A DNA stretch of 64,000 nucleotides from Ascidiella aspersa (lineage: Eukaryota): NCBI GenBank assembly GCA_963924565.1, contig OZ004611.1, forward strand, positions 26,536,001 through 26,600,000, in the 5' to 3' direction. Every line of letters begins with the position of its first letter. Position 1 is the stretch's first letter. Shown here in pieces: positions 25,401-40,400 of the stretch. The notes under the pieces are model-generated. The model saw only the letters and a program-made list of their open reading frames with translations, had not been told where the DNA came from and searched no databases. The position numbers and the translations under genes were made by a program.

Positions 25401-28400
25401 ACAACAAGTTACACAAAAAATATAAGAGTTATGCGTCAGTGTTTTATCGTAAGACTTTGCTAAAAGGGAATGTTTAACGAACCCTCGATTTTCCAAAAGA
25501 GCATGATTCGATAAATACTTTAACAGCAATATCTATTGAAGTCCAAGCTATATTTGGTGTTTTTTCGCAGGTTTCTCGGCTTAACGGGGAATTCATAAGC
25601 AAGTTTATGCAAACCTCTCCAAATTGCAAAGCCGACTCGCAGGATTCTGAAGTGTAAGTAAACTGGTTGGTTTTTATTCGCATGAAACAAATTTAATTTT
25701 CATCAGAGACTGTGGCTATGGTGTGAATCGACGAGACAACAACCTAGTGGGGTGAAGGTTGTTAAAACGCGCATAGAGCCATCACTCCATTCCAGAGCGC
25801 AGCCAAATTAGGATCTAGGATTGACCAATATTATCATATTGGTTAACAGGCTACCATTGTACTAGTAATATTCGATGCTCATATTAAAATCTGTCAACTT
25901 CGATACTTTTTGTTACGCTAAAGTTGTTCGCGCTATAAATATAGCGTGTAAAATTACACGCGGCTGTTTTTTAAAGTAATAAACCGTTTAATGGTCCATA
26001 TGTGAGTGTCAGTCCATATATGAGCGTCAAGATCCGGGGTCTGGGGTTTAGCATATTGGTCACACAGGCAAGTTTAAAATAAGGCTCATAACTTATGTGT
26101 GGATGATGTTTACACTTTTCGAATGCAGAAAACAGTCGCATTTTTGTCCTGTTTTTAAACACTTTTCAGCATCTTGACCAGTTAATCTGATGCGTATCTG
26201 ATGCGTGCGTGAATACCTGAAGCAGTATACGGTAGAGGTGTTGCCGCAGATTTTTATTCAAAGCTGTGTAAATAGTCACATCAGCGCTCCATCAAATCTC
26301 CCGAAAAGCAGGCCTTTTTCAGCGCAGAGCATATGTTCGACAGCAATTAACTGGTCGTGTTGTTGTTTTGGGGAGTTGACGCGTGCGCTTGTGCGCCCTG
26401 TTGATGGATTACCTGCTGTTGGCATCGGAAACTCGCCTGACAGTTTACCTCGAAAGCGCGTTCCCCTTTGCAAGGAAAAGATTAACGCGCGCGCCTTCGC
26501 CGCCTCTACGTCTATCCCTATCGCGTCTTCGCAGAACCTTGGAGGCTCGGGTGGGCGAAGCGTGGAGATAAGTGGCAAACCGGAAAGCGCCGCACGTGTC
26601 TGGCTAAAAGACGAAGAAGTGTAGCGTTTTAAAGCGAAACTGCTGCGTGAAACTCGCGTGGCCGCACCGTTGTATCCCTTCACACAACAGAGTATATTTT
26701 AAAAGGAAACAGTAAAACTTCTATACCTGAGTATAAGTAAACTTGAACAAACTATGGGGAAAACTCCAATAAGGAAAAAGTAAAGCGTTTTGCACCGTTT
26801 CAGCGCACCACGTCGTAGAGTGTATTTAAAAGTAGAACCTCTATTCATTGGTCAACTTGAACAAACCATGGAGGAAAAACTACAATAATGAAGAAGTAAA
26901 ACGTTTTAAAGCGAAACTGCTGAGTAAAAATCGCGTAGCCGCACACCGTTGCATCTCTCTACAATAAAGATATATTACTATTTCCAAAGGGAACAGCAGA
27001 ACTTCTATACATGGGTAAACTGTACCGTACCGAACTAAGGGAAAAATAATATCAAAGGCAAGACACACTATGGGAAAAAAGTAAGCTAAAAATAAAATAT
27101 ATTTTTGGCTGTCTATGAAATCTACAGAACAAACCCTGCTGAGCCAAACCGTTTGGTTATAAAGCCTTACGAAAGAGACCGATGCAATCAGCAGAGAAAA
27201 CCTACGCTTAGCGTCGGTTGCTACGGTATTATTGAAACCATGTGATAACCTATACACATAGTGGTGAAGCATGCAGTACACTACTTAAACAGCTGGTGGC
27301 TATTATCCGGTGACCCTTAGTCACAATCTGTACCAAAGCAAGCGCAAAGGTTAGCTGGATAGCTCTATTTCCACATTGCCTATGCATATCCCGGGTCAAG
27401 CGCTCACGAGCCACTAATAGACGCGCGAGTCTAAATATAACTCCACTCCACGCGTTCTATAAATACACAATTTCCTCGCCTTGGGTTAAAGCAACAGGGA
27501 ATCGGGAGCTGGAATTGGGCGCGTTTTGGGTAAAAAGTCCACGGTGCGAATTTCTCACCCGAAAACGCAGGCAAGTATAGCACTAAAGCGCGGCCATATG
27601 CTGAGGCGTGATCTAATACCCTTTGCCCAGTGTAAGGCACCGCAACATGTTGTGCACTCGCAACGGAAGGTAACAATATTGAGACGAGCTGTTTCAGGAG
27701 CCTCTTCGCCCTTCGGCGTGGAACATGCACAAAAACACATGTTGCTTATGACTCGTCCATGTTAAAGAGAAACCGTTTGAAGCGTGATATAGTAAACATA
27801 AAGCAGAGTCTATAGGCTGCTTTTTCTGCTGATCATGAACTCAAAACGGAAAAGATCGAAAAATACTTTAACACTTAAGAGATGTTGTCACTTACTAATT
27901 TAGTTCTTGAGGCAATTTGTTGAAACACAATATTTTTCCATGTAGAAAACATGAAAATTAAACCAATCCCAAAATACGTTTTTCTTGTCATGCTGTAATT
28001 GTTTAGAATTTAAAATTAGCTCTTCTTCAAATAGTTCTGACCATTATCAGAGCTCAGAAATGTTATAGTAAAGCGTATGTAAATTTTATCTTGCGTGTTA
28101 TCAAACACAGTGTTGCCATATACGTTGCAATCTCTATTGCATCGTGAAATGCTCGCCTAATTTGCATTGTGTCGTCTAAACGGACATTCATAGACACTAC
28201 ACACGGGGACTTCTATTGTTACGAAAATGTCATCATCGGAAACGAAATTAGGACTTGTTCGCCAGAAAGTGTGCAAGCGGTCATAGGGCGTGCCTTGTTG
28301 CACTAGCACGCTATCTCTCCCGGTCGTTCGGTTTCTGTATAAGCTCCTGTCGCCAGTACTAATGCCACGTATTTCTTTCCACGCCCGATTTGGTCTTCCC

Positions 28401-31400
28401 TAAGCGCGCGGCGCCCGCCTGGGAATGGCCATGCCCAAATTTGTCAAAAGCTCAGTGATTCGCAGTCCTTTTGCGAGGCTGGATTTTGCAAGTCACAGCC
28501 TCGCACTGTTCCGGCGGCTACTTATGTGAACTTAGTAATACGGCGCGAGGGCGTGTTCGTGTTAATGGCGCTGCATATATTTCCGGGTGACGGGGCGCCT
28601 GGCGGTTATTAATAACGCCCGGGTTTTTTTCCTGCGCGCGCCTTCATCGTGAAAGGTATACGGTGCCAGGCTGGACGCGTCATTAAAAGAAAATAAGAAA
28701 AAAATCAATAAAAGATAGAAAAAAGGCGGGACGCGTCATGGCAGGGAGAAATTATCCGCAAGAAACGGCGCCCAAAAAATAATCTGGCATTTAAATACAC
28801 CTTTGTAAAGGCGAACAATTTTCCGAAACGCGCCTGCACAATTTTAAATATTTATTTAAGGTTAAGTGAGGGGTACTGATAGTTGCAATCACCGTTTGGT
28901 GAGGCCGAAAGGTTTTTGAAACATAGACTGCACTTACGGTAGGAAGTGCGTTTCCGAAAGGATTTTGGTGGGCTGAATATGGGAAAGTGACATTTGTAAA
29001 CACTTTTCGTGAGGCGCAAAGGTTTTCCGTAAATCGCCTAGACGAAATTGTACAATTCTATCATTCAAGGGTTTAGGAAGTGATGAAATAACAATATTTC
29101 CACCCTTTTGGTGGCCTAAAATGTAAGCAGAAAAAAAAACCCTCAGAGATATAAACGTTTCAAGATTTCATTGAAGTTCAAACGAAGCACGTAAGAAAGT
29201 TATAATTTATTTCTCATATTTCATCACCTCAAGTTTTAGACGCAGCTGCAATATCAAAGTAAAGAACAAGGTTTCCCCAAAATCCCGTGCACTCCCGGCT
29301 ATGGTCGCACCGTTTTGTCCTATCCGTTTCTTTTGGGGTTGGGTGACATATGGCATCACCTTCCGGCAGCATTTTGCGCTGTGTTTACGCACTTTCGCGA
29401 ACCTTCTACCTTTTGCTCACCTCATGCGTAAGGTAGCGCGCGTCATTTCCGCCCGAGCCCTTTTGCCAAACCGAAAGTTTCATCGAAATTCGGTTCCTGC
29501 GCTTTGGAGCAAGTGTTTCGCCTTTTTCTTTACAATTGTGCAAGCGGCTCACTTTTATTTTACTGCCTACGTGACTTTTCACAGGCGAAGTGCCCTTCAG
29601 ACCGCCTTTAATATATTTTTATATTTTGGGTACACTAGGCACGGATATGTAATTTAGCTAGATAATAATGTATTGTAAACCCAAAAAAGGTCAAGTAGAT
29701 CGACATTATCTGTGATTAACGTTTCGGTACGAACTTGTATCCTCTTCAGTTTGTATGTTGCATATTAACCGCGTTTGCCCTATAGGTTATTCTGCTTTAT
29801 TGCAGTGCGACATTGTTCGTAAATGGCGAATCGAAATTATGCAAGAAGGTAATCTTCTTCACACGGAAAGTGGCACATTTCACCTTTGCAAGACTCAGCA
29901 CGGTAACTGGCCGAGGTGCAATTAAATCGCTAGCTTTTAAGTGACATATAATGCAAGTGAACTCACGAAGATCGGCGCCCTTTCGAAAGAGCGCGAATAT
30001 ATCCTTGACATGTTTCGACCTGACGCTGCTGGCACAACCTCGAGAGTTTAGGACGCTTCGAAGTTCCAGGAAAACGCGGCATCGAAACACCCTTGACTAC
30101 CAGCGTCCGCGTTCAGGCTCCAGCAATTTGTTTTCGTTTGTGCAAAGTCATGTTGCCCATTTTGACCGGATGCCAGTCTCGTTTATTTTATCTCTCGGTT
30201 CGTGGTATTTTCCAAGCGGCAGAGAACACCTTAAACGGGCGACATTTAACGAACTCTATATTTAATGCGTGGCGTTGCAATCCCTTTTACTAAGAAAACA
30301 AAAATGCGAAAAACTTGCCACTTGAGTTCCCTGGAAAGCGGTGTCAGTTTTAGTGCAGCAAGGTCACGGTTTAATTCCTTTTGCCGACAGCAAACATTCC
30401 AAATCCTGTCTTCCAGCCTTTCCCTGAAAACGAGGGAATCTCAAACGACAATGAGCATTAACGGTAGTTCGTGCCAAGGCAAATGTGCACGCCAAATTCC
30501 CCACACAACACAGGATGTGTAGATGCATGTTTGACGTGCGCCTGCGTACATAAGTTTTCGCGAATCCCTCAATAAATCACACCTTGCGTTTTGACACAAG
30601 CTTCCTGTCAGACCAGCCACTATTACGTAAACCGAAATTGGAGTCATTAAAGGGGATTTGGCAAATCGGTAATGGCTTTTTCCCTTAAAACCGCTTTACG
30701 CAGGCTGCAATTAGGCTGTACGCTTATCTGTGAACCAAAAAAGGCCTAAACTTTTTCAAACTGAACTTTGTACCTTGTAGATTAAAATGTTTTAAAGTTA
30801 CACGTAAACTCGTAAAGGGCCTTTCTATATTTCACTGCAGCACGATTTCGTTTTTTTTCAGTAAATTTGGGCTAAATGGCAAAATTGATCAAATGGCCCA
30901 GGTAAGTACCTCCCTAGTAGAACACGGCCCGGACCTTTGTAATGTTAAAAAATCCAATAAATAAATCCAATAAATACCAAAAACTGAAAAACCGACAGAT
31001 TCTCCCAGGAGCTGACTAACAGAATAAGTCGCCTTGTGGTTCCGATCCATGTGGTGTGCTCACTATTTTAAAATATTTAACCAAATTGACCGAACCTGGA
31101 AACAAATTGTGTACTATAGTATATTGACCTACTAAATATAGTTGATTAGCCCTGGCAACAACACACATGCAAGATAAGGTCAAAATTCAAACATAGAAAG
31201 TCGTTCAATGAGCAGACAATCTGCTTTGGTTTATCAACTGGGGCGTGTGTTTCATTGCCTGCGGTGCCCGTTCAACGTGGCATCACATCACCGGCAAGTC
31301 GCATCACAGTCACGCAAAAGCCCGGTGACTGTTGCAGTTGCATAACACGTCGTCGGCTAAGGTGCGTGCGTTGACGAAATTTAGCTGGAAGCTGAGTTAT

Positions 31401-34400
31401 ACTAGCACCTCGCGCGAGGCGACATTGGCGTGGAACTTATCATCAAAGTTGACGTATGTCAGAGAGTTTCGCTAAACCAGGGGGCTTGGTTGCATTTGGT
31501 AAGGCTTTGGGTTAATTTTGTGATAGCAACTTCAACGAAATATGGCAAATACACGATTCGAAGGGTTGTGTAGATTGGCGTAATAAATGCGTGTTTGTGT
31601 ATTGGGGACGTTAGGACCCCACATATCGTACAATACAAAGTCGAAAGGTTTAAAGTAGCCTTTAGTAAACTGTTATGTGTGGGTTGCAAGGCACCAAATC
31701 ACAACAATTTAACAAAGGGTACCAAGGATGAACAATTATTTTATTACGCTTTTTATTTACGCTTTTTACTTCACATCCGAAAAACATTTAAAAATAACCC
31801 AATACAGTGAATTAAACTTTGAGGGTATACAAAGCATCTCAAATACATAATATATATACATTTATGTATCATAATTAGTATCATATGAAATTAACTACTA
31901 AATGATAAGTACGTATCGAAACGTCTTTATCAAGAATATGTCAATTTACTCGAATTTTTACCTTCAAGATTCATTATCAATCTAAATTAAAAAAACTTGT
32001 AACAAAAAATAATTACCAAATATTTAGAACCCAACGGGTGGAAAGGTCTTACTTTGACTTGATTAAATGCAAAGTTAATTGCACGGTGTACGGCTGGTTT
32101 GACTTTTTCAGCACTTCCGAAAATGATTAAGGATGGGCAGCGGGAAATTCAATTTCCGACATCTCCTGTTGCCCAATTACAACAAGACGCACTCCCAAGC
32201 ATAAAGGATGTGCGTGTTTAACAAGGGAGAATTGTACGTTTGACACAAGCAACTTTTAAAGGGGCCTCGTACCCGATATTTGTGGTGGGCAGATTTACAT
32301 TAAAATTTGGATTTTTCAATCATTGTGAAACCTTCGGCAGGCTTCGGGACCTCCATACAACCTGTAAATACTACTTTTTTTAAATGAAATACTAATGTTA
32401 GATTTTGTTTTCGTTTTAGCCCAGACTGCGTTTTTAAATTTTTAGGTTTGATTTGCAAATAGTGATAGGCAAGGTAAAATCATTAGGTGGCTACCAATGT
32501 TGGTTTAAATACTGGCTCTGATACGAAATAACGAAAAGTGTCAATAGCTTTTGTGTTAAACACTGCTTTTCCTTTCTGTTAGAGCAGGGGTTCTTAACCA
32601 GGGCTGCGTGTACCCCTTGGTGGTACGAAGCAGCAAACCAGGGGGTATGACATGCAGTGTGAAACTATGCGCTATTTAGGCATACTTGTGAAGAATGCGT
32701 AATTTACGAGAAGCGACAACAAAAAAGCCATTAGTAAATTGACTGATTGTTGGTGTGCTGTAAATATTGTTAAACTTACAAAGACTGTTTTAATGCATGC
32801 ATTCAACACGTAAGTTATAAATACATTTAATTTCTATTATTACAACTGTATGTACCTCCGTCGACCAATGTAGACAGGGAGTGCGAGAAAATTTCACAAA
32901 AAAAAAGAGTACAAGCGCTAAAAGGTTAAGAAACACTGTGTTCGAGTACAGACCGCAAATCATTGAGGTTCATTGACTGCTATACCTTTAGTATACATCC
33001 CCGGGCTAAGAATCCCTGTCCTAGAAGGTATAGCGTGAAGTCCACAGGTCAGATAAAGCTGACTGCCACAACCTTGGACATGTAGGACGATCGACCGTAA
33101 ACCATTGTGTATTGGTAGAACAAAAACGTGTTCTTTAAGGTTTGGGGGACCCACAGTTCAATGGTGTTGTAAAGGATGAACGACTGCTGTAAATTGTAAA
33201 TGTAAAACGCAATCTACGGGACGGAAAAGACTACCTAATGTATTAGGACTTTGTGTATGTCTCCAATGACCATTAGTCTTGATCCTTCGTCAGCAGTTGG
33301 ATCAATTATTGGTCGTCAGCTAAATAATGTGGTAAAGCTAAACATTTGCTGTAAAATGGGAATGTAAAACGGGACGGGAAAGACGACCGATAGTATAAGG
33401 CCATTGTGCATTAGGGAGGACGAAAAAACGCGTTCGATTGTGAAGCTTGTGGACGCATTGGGCGCGAGGAAACTGCCCGGCTTCAAAAAGGTATTGTTCG
33501 GCGACACACCAATCAGCCGTTTCCCGACACTCCTGTGATTTTCCTGCTAGCCTGGGCGGTTAGACCGAAAAATAAGCGCCGAAACGAGCGCGCGGGCACA
33601 ACCAGTGAGAAATGCGGCAATAGTCGAGGGATGCCGTACTTGGACGAGAGCTAGAGCGCAGCGGTGGGACGGAAAAGTTCGGAAAAAAACAAACTATTCA
33701 TGAAGCCTGGAACGGGCACGCATTTGACGAAACACTAAAATAGCCTTGTTTCTCTGCCCTGTGGCAATTTCGTACTCCGGAAGAGCCGCTTTTGTAATAA
33801 AGGATTGGCATAAATATGTAGAGCGTTTTATGGCGATTTGTGAAGGAAATAAATTAGATGTGGACGCACTCAAGTTTAATACCACGAAGTCAAGGATTAG
33901 AACATACTTTTCTAAACTGTTATTTTAACGTATTTTATTAAAACCTTTAACCACTTCCTCCTTCAAAATTGGACATGAAAAACTATATAAGACATGTCGA
34001 TGGCAAGTTTACCGAAATGCAAGATAACCGTTCAAATCGCATAGATGTCAGGATGAGAAAATATGGCACAGTTTTGCGCGAGAGTATTTAAGTTAAAATA
34101 GAACGATCGTTGAGAAATAGAAATTTTTTGAAGTGCTTTGTCGTGACATCTGCTTTAAAGTTATCTAAAAGTTTTTTTTTTTCGAACTTATAAAACGCGG
34201 AGACAGCTGTGAAGGTAAAACCAGGCGTTTTCTGACGGGTCGCATTGTTAGTAGTTAACCGCCAATAAGAAGCTTGACAGTGCAACTGCACAGGCACCAT
34301 ATCGTTCCATACGTTGGCTGAAAGGTGACAATAAAAATGACGTGATTGACAGTTCAATGCGGCACAAAGCAATGGGCCTGGAAAAAGAAACGCCGGCATG

Positions 34401-37400
34401 CGACAAAACAATGACAACACAGTCACTTTGAAGCAGTACTGTCAAAAACATATCGCTGAGGAATAAAGTATCGTATCGCTAACTTGAACCAGAGGAATCA
34501 GCGTTTTAAACGTGTGCTAGTTTGCAATTGCTTTAAGTTCGCTTTTAGTTTGCGAATTGGGCGATGTGAGACTATTTCGTGAAAAGGTGTTTTTGTAGCA
34601 GAGATGAATCCTTTGTAATAGTTTATTTATGTCTTGTGGTTCGCAGTTACCTGTGTCGCTGTAGGAAAAAAAGAATTTCAAACGTTGAACGCACGTGAAA
34701 GTACTAAGTGCTGTTTGTTGTATAAAATTAGACGATTTAAATTGCTTACCATAAATAAACATTTACTCAACCGCATTTTAGCGAAATAGCCTTCGTCAAA
34801 TCTGAAAAACTATTTTCTGCAAGGAGCGCTTTCTGCAAGACGTAGGATTCTCGGAATATATATGATTGTCCAACGCCTTATTAACATGATCGATAAGCGA
34901 AATTGGCTGAGATATTTAGGCCCTAATTATATCTAGGATATATAGGTCGTACTTAAGTAATACGTGCTGTGAAAGTCGTCCAGGCTTTAATTTAACTCGT
35001 GCCCGAGCGCTTTTTAAAATAGGCCGTACCTTTTAATTTTGGTGGTGCGTCTAGTAAGGCTTGAGAATATGCTCAATGACTTATTTTGGTGTCATAAAAT
35101 TTTATGCGCCTAATTAAATTCAAAGGTCAGAGTTTGCTAACTTGGCGTTTAAAATAGACGCAGTTTCGTGTTTCCCCAGCTATATTAAAGCATTTTTTAA
35201 AAAAGAATTTTAAAACACGCGTGAATTGACGCAGGACTTACCTAACATTTTAGTTTAATTTTTTTTGCAAAACTCTTACAAAAATCAACCATAAACTTTC
35301 TTGTTAATACTTGGAAGCATTTCTTTTGATGACATAAAACTTAGTTCATAGTTCTGTTTTGTTTAAATTTAGACAGTTATATACCGCAATTGAATGTTGG
35401 GTGTGAAATAATATACAGCCGAACGACGGTCCAATAAAACTCGCTTCGTTTAGCAAAGCTATGGCTTTACACGAACAACGAATTATTATTTGGAAACCGC
35501 GAACTTCTAGTTTGAACTTTTATGAGTTCAATCTAAGTACAAAGGTCTTTTCGGGAAAACTACGGCGCAATGTAGTGAAAGGTTTCTCTTTTATGGTTTT
35601 CGATGGACTCTGCGTCGTAAAACCATCGCGGAAGTTCCGTTATGTCCGTATACTTTTACCCATCACCTTCATAGCAAGATCGCGTGCTGAAGCGGCCGAA
35701 ACGATCGTTATAGGTCGCCACCAAAAAAGGACTGATCGACTCTTGTCACGAGCCTTTTTATTGACCCTCTGTGGTGACGTGTGTGGTATCTATATACCGA
35801 GGCGCGGTTTGGGGCAAATTCGATCCAAATGTCACAATGAGTATGTTTGTTTTCTATCAAGTGATGTGTAGGGTTCAAAGGTGGAAAACCTTATTTTTTG
35901 GGCGTAGAACGAATATCAAAGCCCATGTAAAGATGAGTAGCACTTTGTGGGCGTTTCAAATAACTCTTTATTATTTTCAACAGCAATGAATGGGCTTTAC
36001 ACTTTATTGTAACCCTAACGAGAACCTCCTTCCAATATGCCGCAAATTTTGTTTCGCAATTCTTCTGGATGTGGTTCGAGATCGGGTACCCGCGACAAAT
36101 AACACTGGCCTTAGTTTGCCAAACTTAGTAATTTTTTATAAATTCCTGGGTTTCATTTCTTGTTAAATCCGTTGAAACTAACAATGTTTTCTTTATGCGA
36201 AAAAATATCTCAAATCTCAAATGTAGTATGCGATTCGTGATCAAATTGCACCAAAATTGCATGTGCATCTGTTTAGAGAGGTAGTTCGAAGGGGTTTGTA
36301 AGGAGGTTTAATGGAGGTCGAGCAAAGTAGATTTTATTGGCTTTGTACAATAAGCATTTTGAATTAAAGCAATGGCTTGACATCACATTCTTAAGTAATT
36401 AAAGTACCATGATATCTTAATTATTATGCTTGTTTTGAAATTAATGAGGACCTTTCATTATTTGAAGGAAACTTCATTTTTTATTACTAGTCAACTCAAA
36501 CAAGTCTGGAAAGCATTGCTCGAAAGCATTTATTTTCCTAATAGTTGTAAATGAACCCTCGGATGGTAAAACTTGCATTGCGTTTGCAAATTCGGCAGAA
36601 ACCAAATGAATTAAATACATAATTTTGTAGCTTTCGACTTGGGCCTTGATGGTGCAAATCGGTTCAACAGCAACGTTGCAATAAGCGCACGAGCTGCAAA
36701 ACTTTGCCACGACTTCTCGGAAAAAACAACAAGGGCTGACGTGGCAACGCAATGGCCAGTGATAACGTTCGCCATAAACCAATATCACGATCACGTGTAC
36801 TCATGATTGTAATGACTTAAGTCAATGGCTGGAAGTGAGCGCAGTTTTTAGGTCAACCTTTAATAAATGGCTTCTTCTTTATTCATTTAGTTTGTTCAAA
36901 CTTCTCTGATTTAACTTGGTCTTTTCTCTTTCGAAATTACTTAAAACTAGATATTTTGGACAAATTGATTTGCCTTAACTAGAGTAAATTAAACATGAAA
37001 ATTTAGTTGACTTGACGTCACAAATGCAAATGGTGTGACCTTGACTTTAGTGTTTCATTATATATATATATTAGATAAAATCAATTAAATCCTTGTGCCC
37101 TTAATCCTTGTACGTCAAACATTTTTCCTAGATGATGCTTTTTCGTTATTTTGCAAATATAATTTGACTGGGACTTACGCCATTTCAAAACGACTTGTCC
37201 ACAACAATGCTGGTAGAGCAGGCAAGGTTAGCGTAACAAGTATCGCTCAACACTTTTCTATGCATCTCAACCACCTCTTATTTTCAAGGACACAATCGGG
37301 TCCAATCGCCGAAACCTAACGCTCAAGGATATGTCGGAATAACTGATAATATATGATTTACCGGACCGTTCCGGTTACCTCTCACCACTGGGTAAAACTG

Positions 37401-40400
37401 AATATTGTGACTGTTTAGAAAAGGGGTTGGGCACCTATGCAAACCAGTATCAGGAAAGTGCCAATAATACTTTCTATCGGCTCCGCTATTATCAACATCT
37501 AACCTACACCAACAAAATTTGCCAAAAAGGGCAGCAGTGACTTTTACCGCTTAAAAAACTTTGGCCAAATAACTTTGAGCGTTCAATTGAAACTATTTTT
37601 TGATCATACCAAAAATCTATCGGCTCCGCTATTATCAACATCTAACCTACACAAAAATAAAATTGCCAAAAAGGGCAGCAGTGACTTTTACCGCTTAAAA
37701 AACTTTGGCCAAATAACTTTGAGCGTTCAATTTGAACCATTTTTTGATCATACCAAATTTGGCTCCGCTCTTATCAACATCTAAGCTACACCAACAGAAA
37801 ATTGCCAAAAGAGCGGCAGCAGTGGGCACTCGACCACACCGCGCGTAATTTTCAAGCTGCATGCGAGTAACCTGACGCTCCGTCACCTTTAACCGAGCTC
37901 TGCTTAAGCAGGGCTTACACCGAGCGGTTCATCAAACCGACGGTGGTCGTGCGTCGTTCGCGCCTTCGCTTCTATTCCATTGAAATGCTGCCTGTCGCCA
38001 GGAAACCCACTGTTGGGTCGGCCGTTCAGGTGTAGAGTTACTCGGTCGGCGACGACATGCATCTACCATTGTATCGCGTGTACGAAATGCCAGGGCCTTT
38101 GCATAGATGACATGCCAATTCCCGCCACCCGGCCCTATACTGTTAGCTTTATTGAAGGCACAGCCTTTGTATATCGCGAGTCTCCCGGGCGAGCATATGG
38201 CACAGAATCATTGGATTCGCTATAAGAATCAGAAGGTTTTAGGTAGACGAATGCTAACGAAATCAAAAAATGACGTGATAAATTCAAATTTAAGAGGACA
38301 TTTTCGGAAGGAAAAGCGTTCCAAATATATAACTGTAAAAGCTAAGGTAGTGTTTCTCAAAAGCTTAGTTTATAGCTAAGGTAGGGTTGCTCAAAAGCGT
38401 ATTATATAGCAAGGCTGTGATTCTCTTTGATTGCGGCGCACTAACAAAATCACGCCGATCTGCTATAATTTTCATTTGAAATATAGCCTTCCAACACAGC
38501 AAGGCAATAATCTTTCAGTAATCTAATAAATAGCGTTAATTTAGTCTGGTGCGCTTGTCCACTTGATTATTTTTTAGGTTATTCCGAATAATCTCTCGAA
38601 TTACACTGGTGTGCCGCGGCATTCAGTTTGAGAATCATTTACCTAAGTTGGAGTGATTGTAAGAATATACATGAGTTAGAAATGAGGTGTTGAAGTGCGT
38701 AAATATTCTAATGGATTAGACATAACTCTAGCAAGGTGCTCAAATCGCCGAGTAATGTATATAGATACCCTTGACGTGCTAAACTAACAATTGCTCTTTT
38801 CTAACAGGGCTAGCAACGAACAGAACGAAATGAACGAGCAGCAACTGAACTTTAAGAAAACGATGGAGACGATAGCTTCCAGCACAGTTGCACCGGTGAC
38901 GAAGGAGCACATATGGCGACCGGACACCACCTGGTGCAGCAACTACAGCAACGGGGCAAATAGCAAAAACGACGACGAAAGTTCGAGAAGAGATGGGCGA
39001 ACGCACAACGAAGGCAAGAGCAGGCTCGAAATCGAATTCATCACCAGCAAGGTAGAGGATCTGCTGGCAGCGGCTGTGAGCACAGGACGTGGCGGCGGCC
39101 AGGCCCTGCAGTTACCTGGGCTGTGGAGCGGCGGACACGCGAGCTCCAATTACTATAGGGCTGCATCCGGGGAGCCAAAGGGAACAGCGGCCCCGTCAAC
39201 ATCCATTACACTTTCCACGAAGCGACCTCACGGCAGCAGCGCTGGCAATATTATGAGCGCGGCCGGCATAGGTAACAGTAAGAACGGAGATAGCAAGCAA
39301 GGTGCGTTCGCCAACGGACAGCTCCAGTTTATGAACCGCGAAGGTGAGTCGTGTGCCTGTTGTTATCTGTGGATGCTGAGTTTTTGTTCATGATTTCTAC
39401 AATAGTTGGTTATGTTTTTTTGTAACTTTAATTTCCGCTTTGTGTTTTTATCACCATCATTAAAAGGTCGGCTTTTAGTAGGGTGTTCGACGTGCGCAAT
39501 TAGAACGCAAACTCTTAGTTGTAAAGGTGGAATAGCATACGGTGAATTAAAAACAATACGTCATATGATCACATGATTGAAAACTGAATTAAAACACATG
39601 GGAAGTAAGGTTGGCATTCCACAAGTTGGCTTGTTTCAACCAGCACTGGTGAAATTTTTACACTCCCTTTTCAAATGTTATGTTTTTAAAGTCAGTTGGC
39701 AATTTAGTAATGTGCAACGAACACGGATAAAATTTTGAAAACGGATAAAATGTTGCAGTTACATTTTAATATAATAACACATGTTTGACATCAATTTATT
39801 AATATGCATATGGAATCTGGCTAAAATGACGTCAAACTTTGTTATTATACTAAAATGTAACAGCAACATTTTTTATTCGATTTCAACATTTTATCCCTAT
39901 TGGTAGCACAATGTCAAATTGCCACATGACTTGGAAAAACTCTAAATTTAAAAAGGAAGTTAAAACATTTCGCCAGGGCTGGTTTTACGAGTCAACTTGT
40001 CTATTGCCAACCTTACTTTCCATATGTTTTAATTCATTTTATATCGGGTGATCATAGCACGTATTTTTTTAAACCAATGCTGTTCTGTTGAGGAACGTAG
40101 AAGGGTTAAATTCAATGGGAGGGTTATGTTTTGGGCGTTTATTATACATAGGGGCGAGGGCCACATAAGCACTGGTGCGAATTAACAATTATTAAAAAAA
40201 GTTATTAGGCATTTGTTGCTTAACGTTCGATTTGTTTACATGCATAAAAACAACACTTTTCGACAAAAATAGCGATCGTGCCAACAAGCTGTTTCTACTG
40301 GTGTTTGAGCTGCCTTTTCAAACAATCCACGCCGGCGTCTTCTTTTATGCAAAGAAATACGTACATTTTGCAACAACTGAAACTAGCGGCATACAGCAAA

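Noticed and set aside
32990-33210. Possible SINE bodies (also ~15800-16020, 30870-30975, 51640-51735)
   Set aside because: No clear A/B boxes and no second copy in the window.
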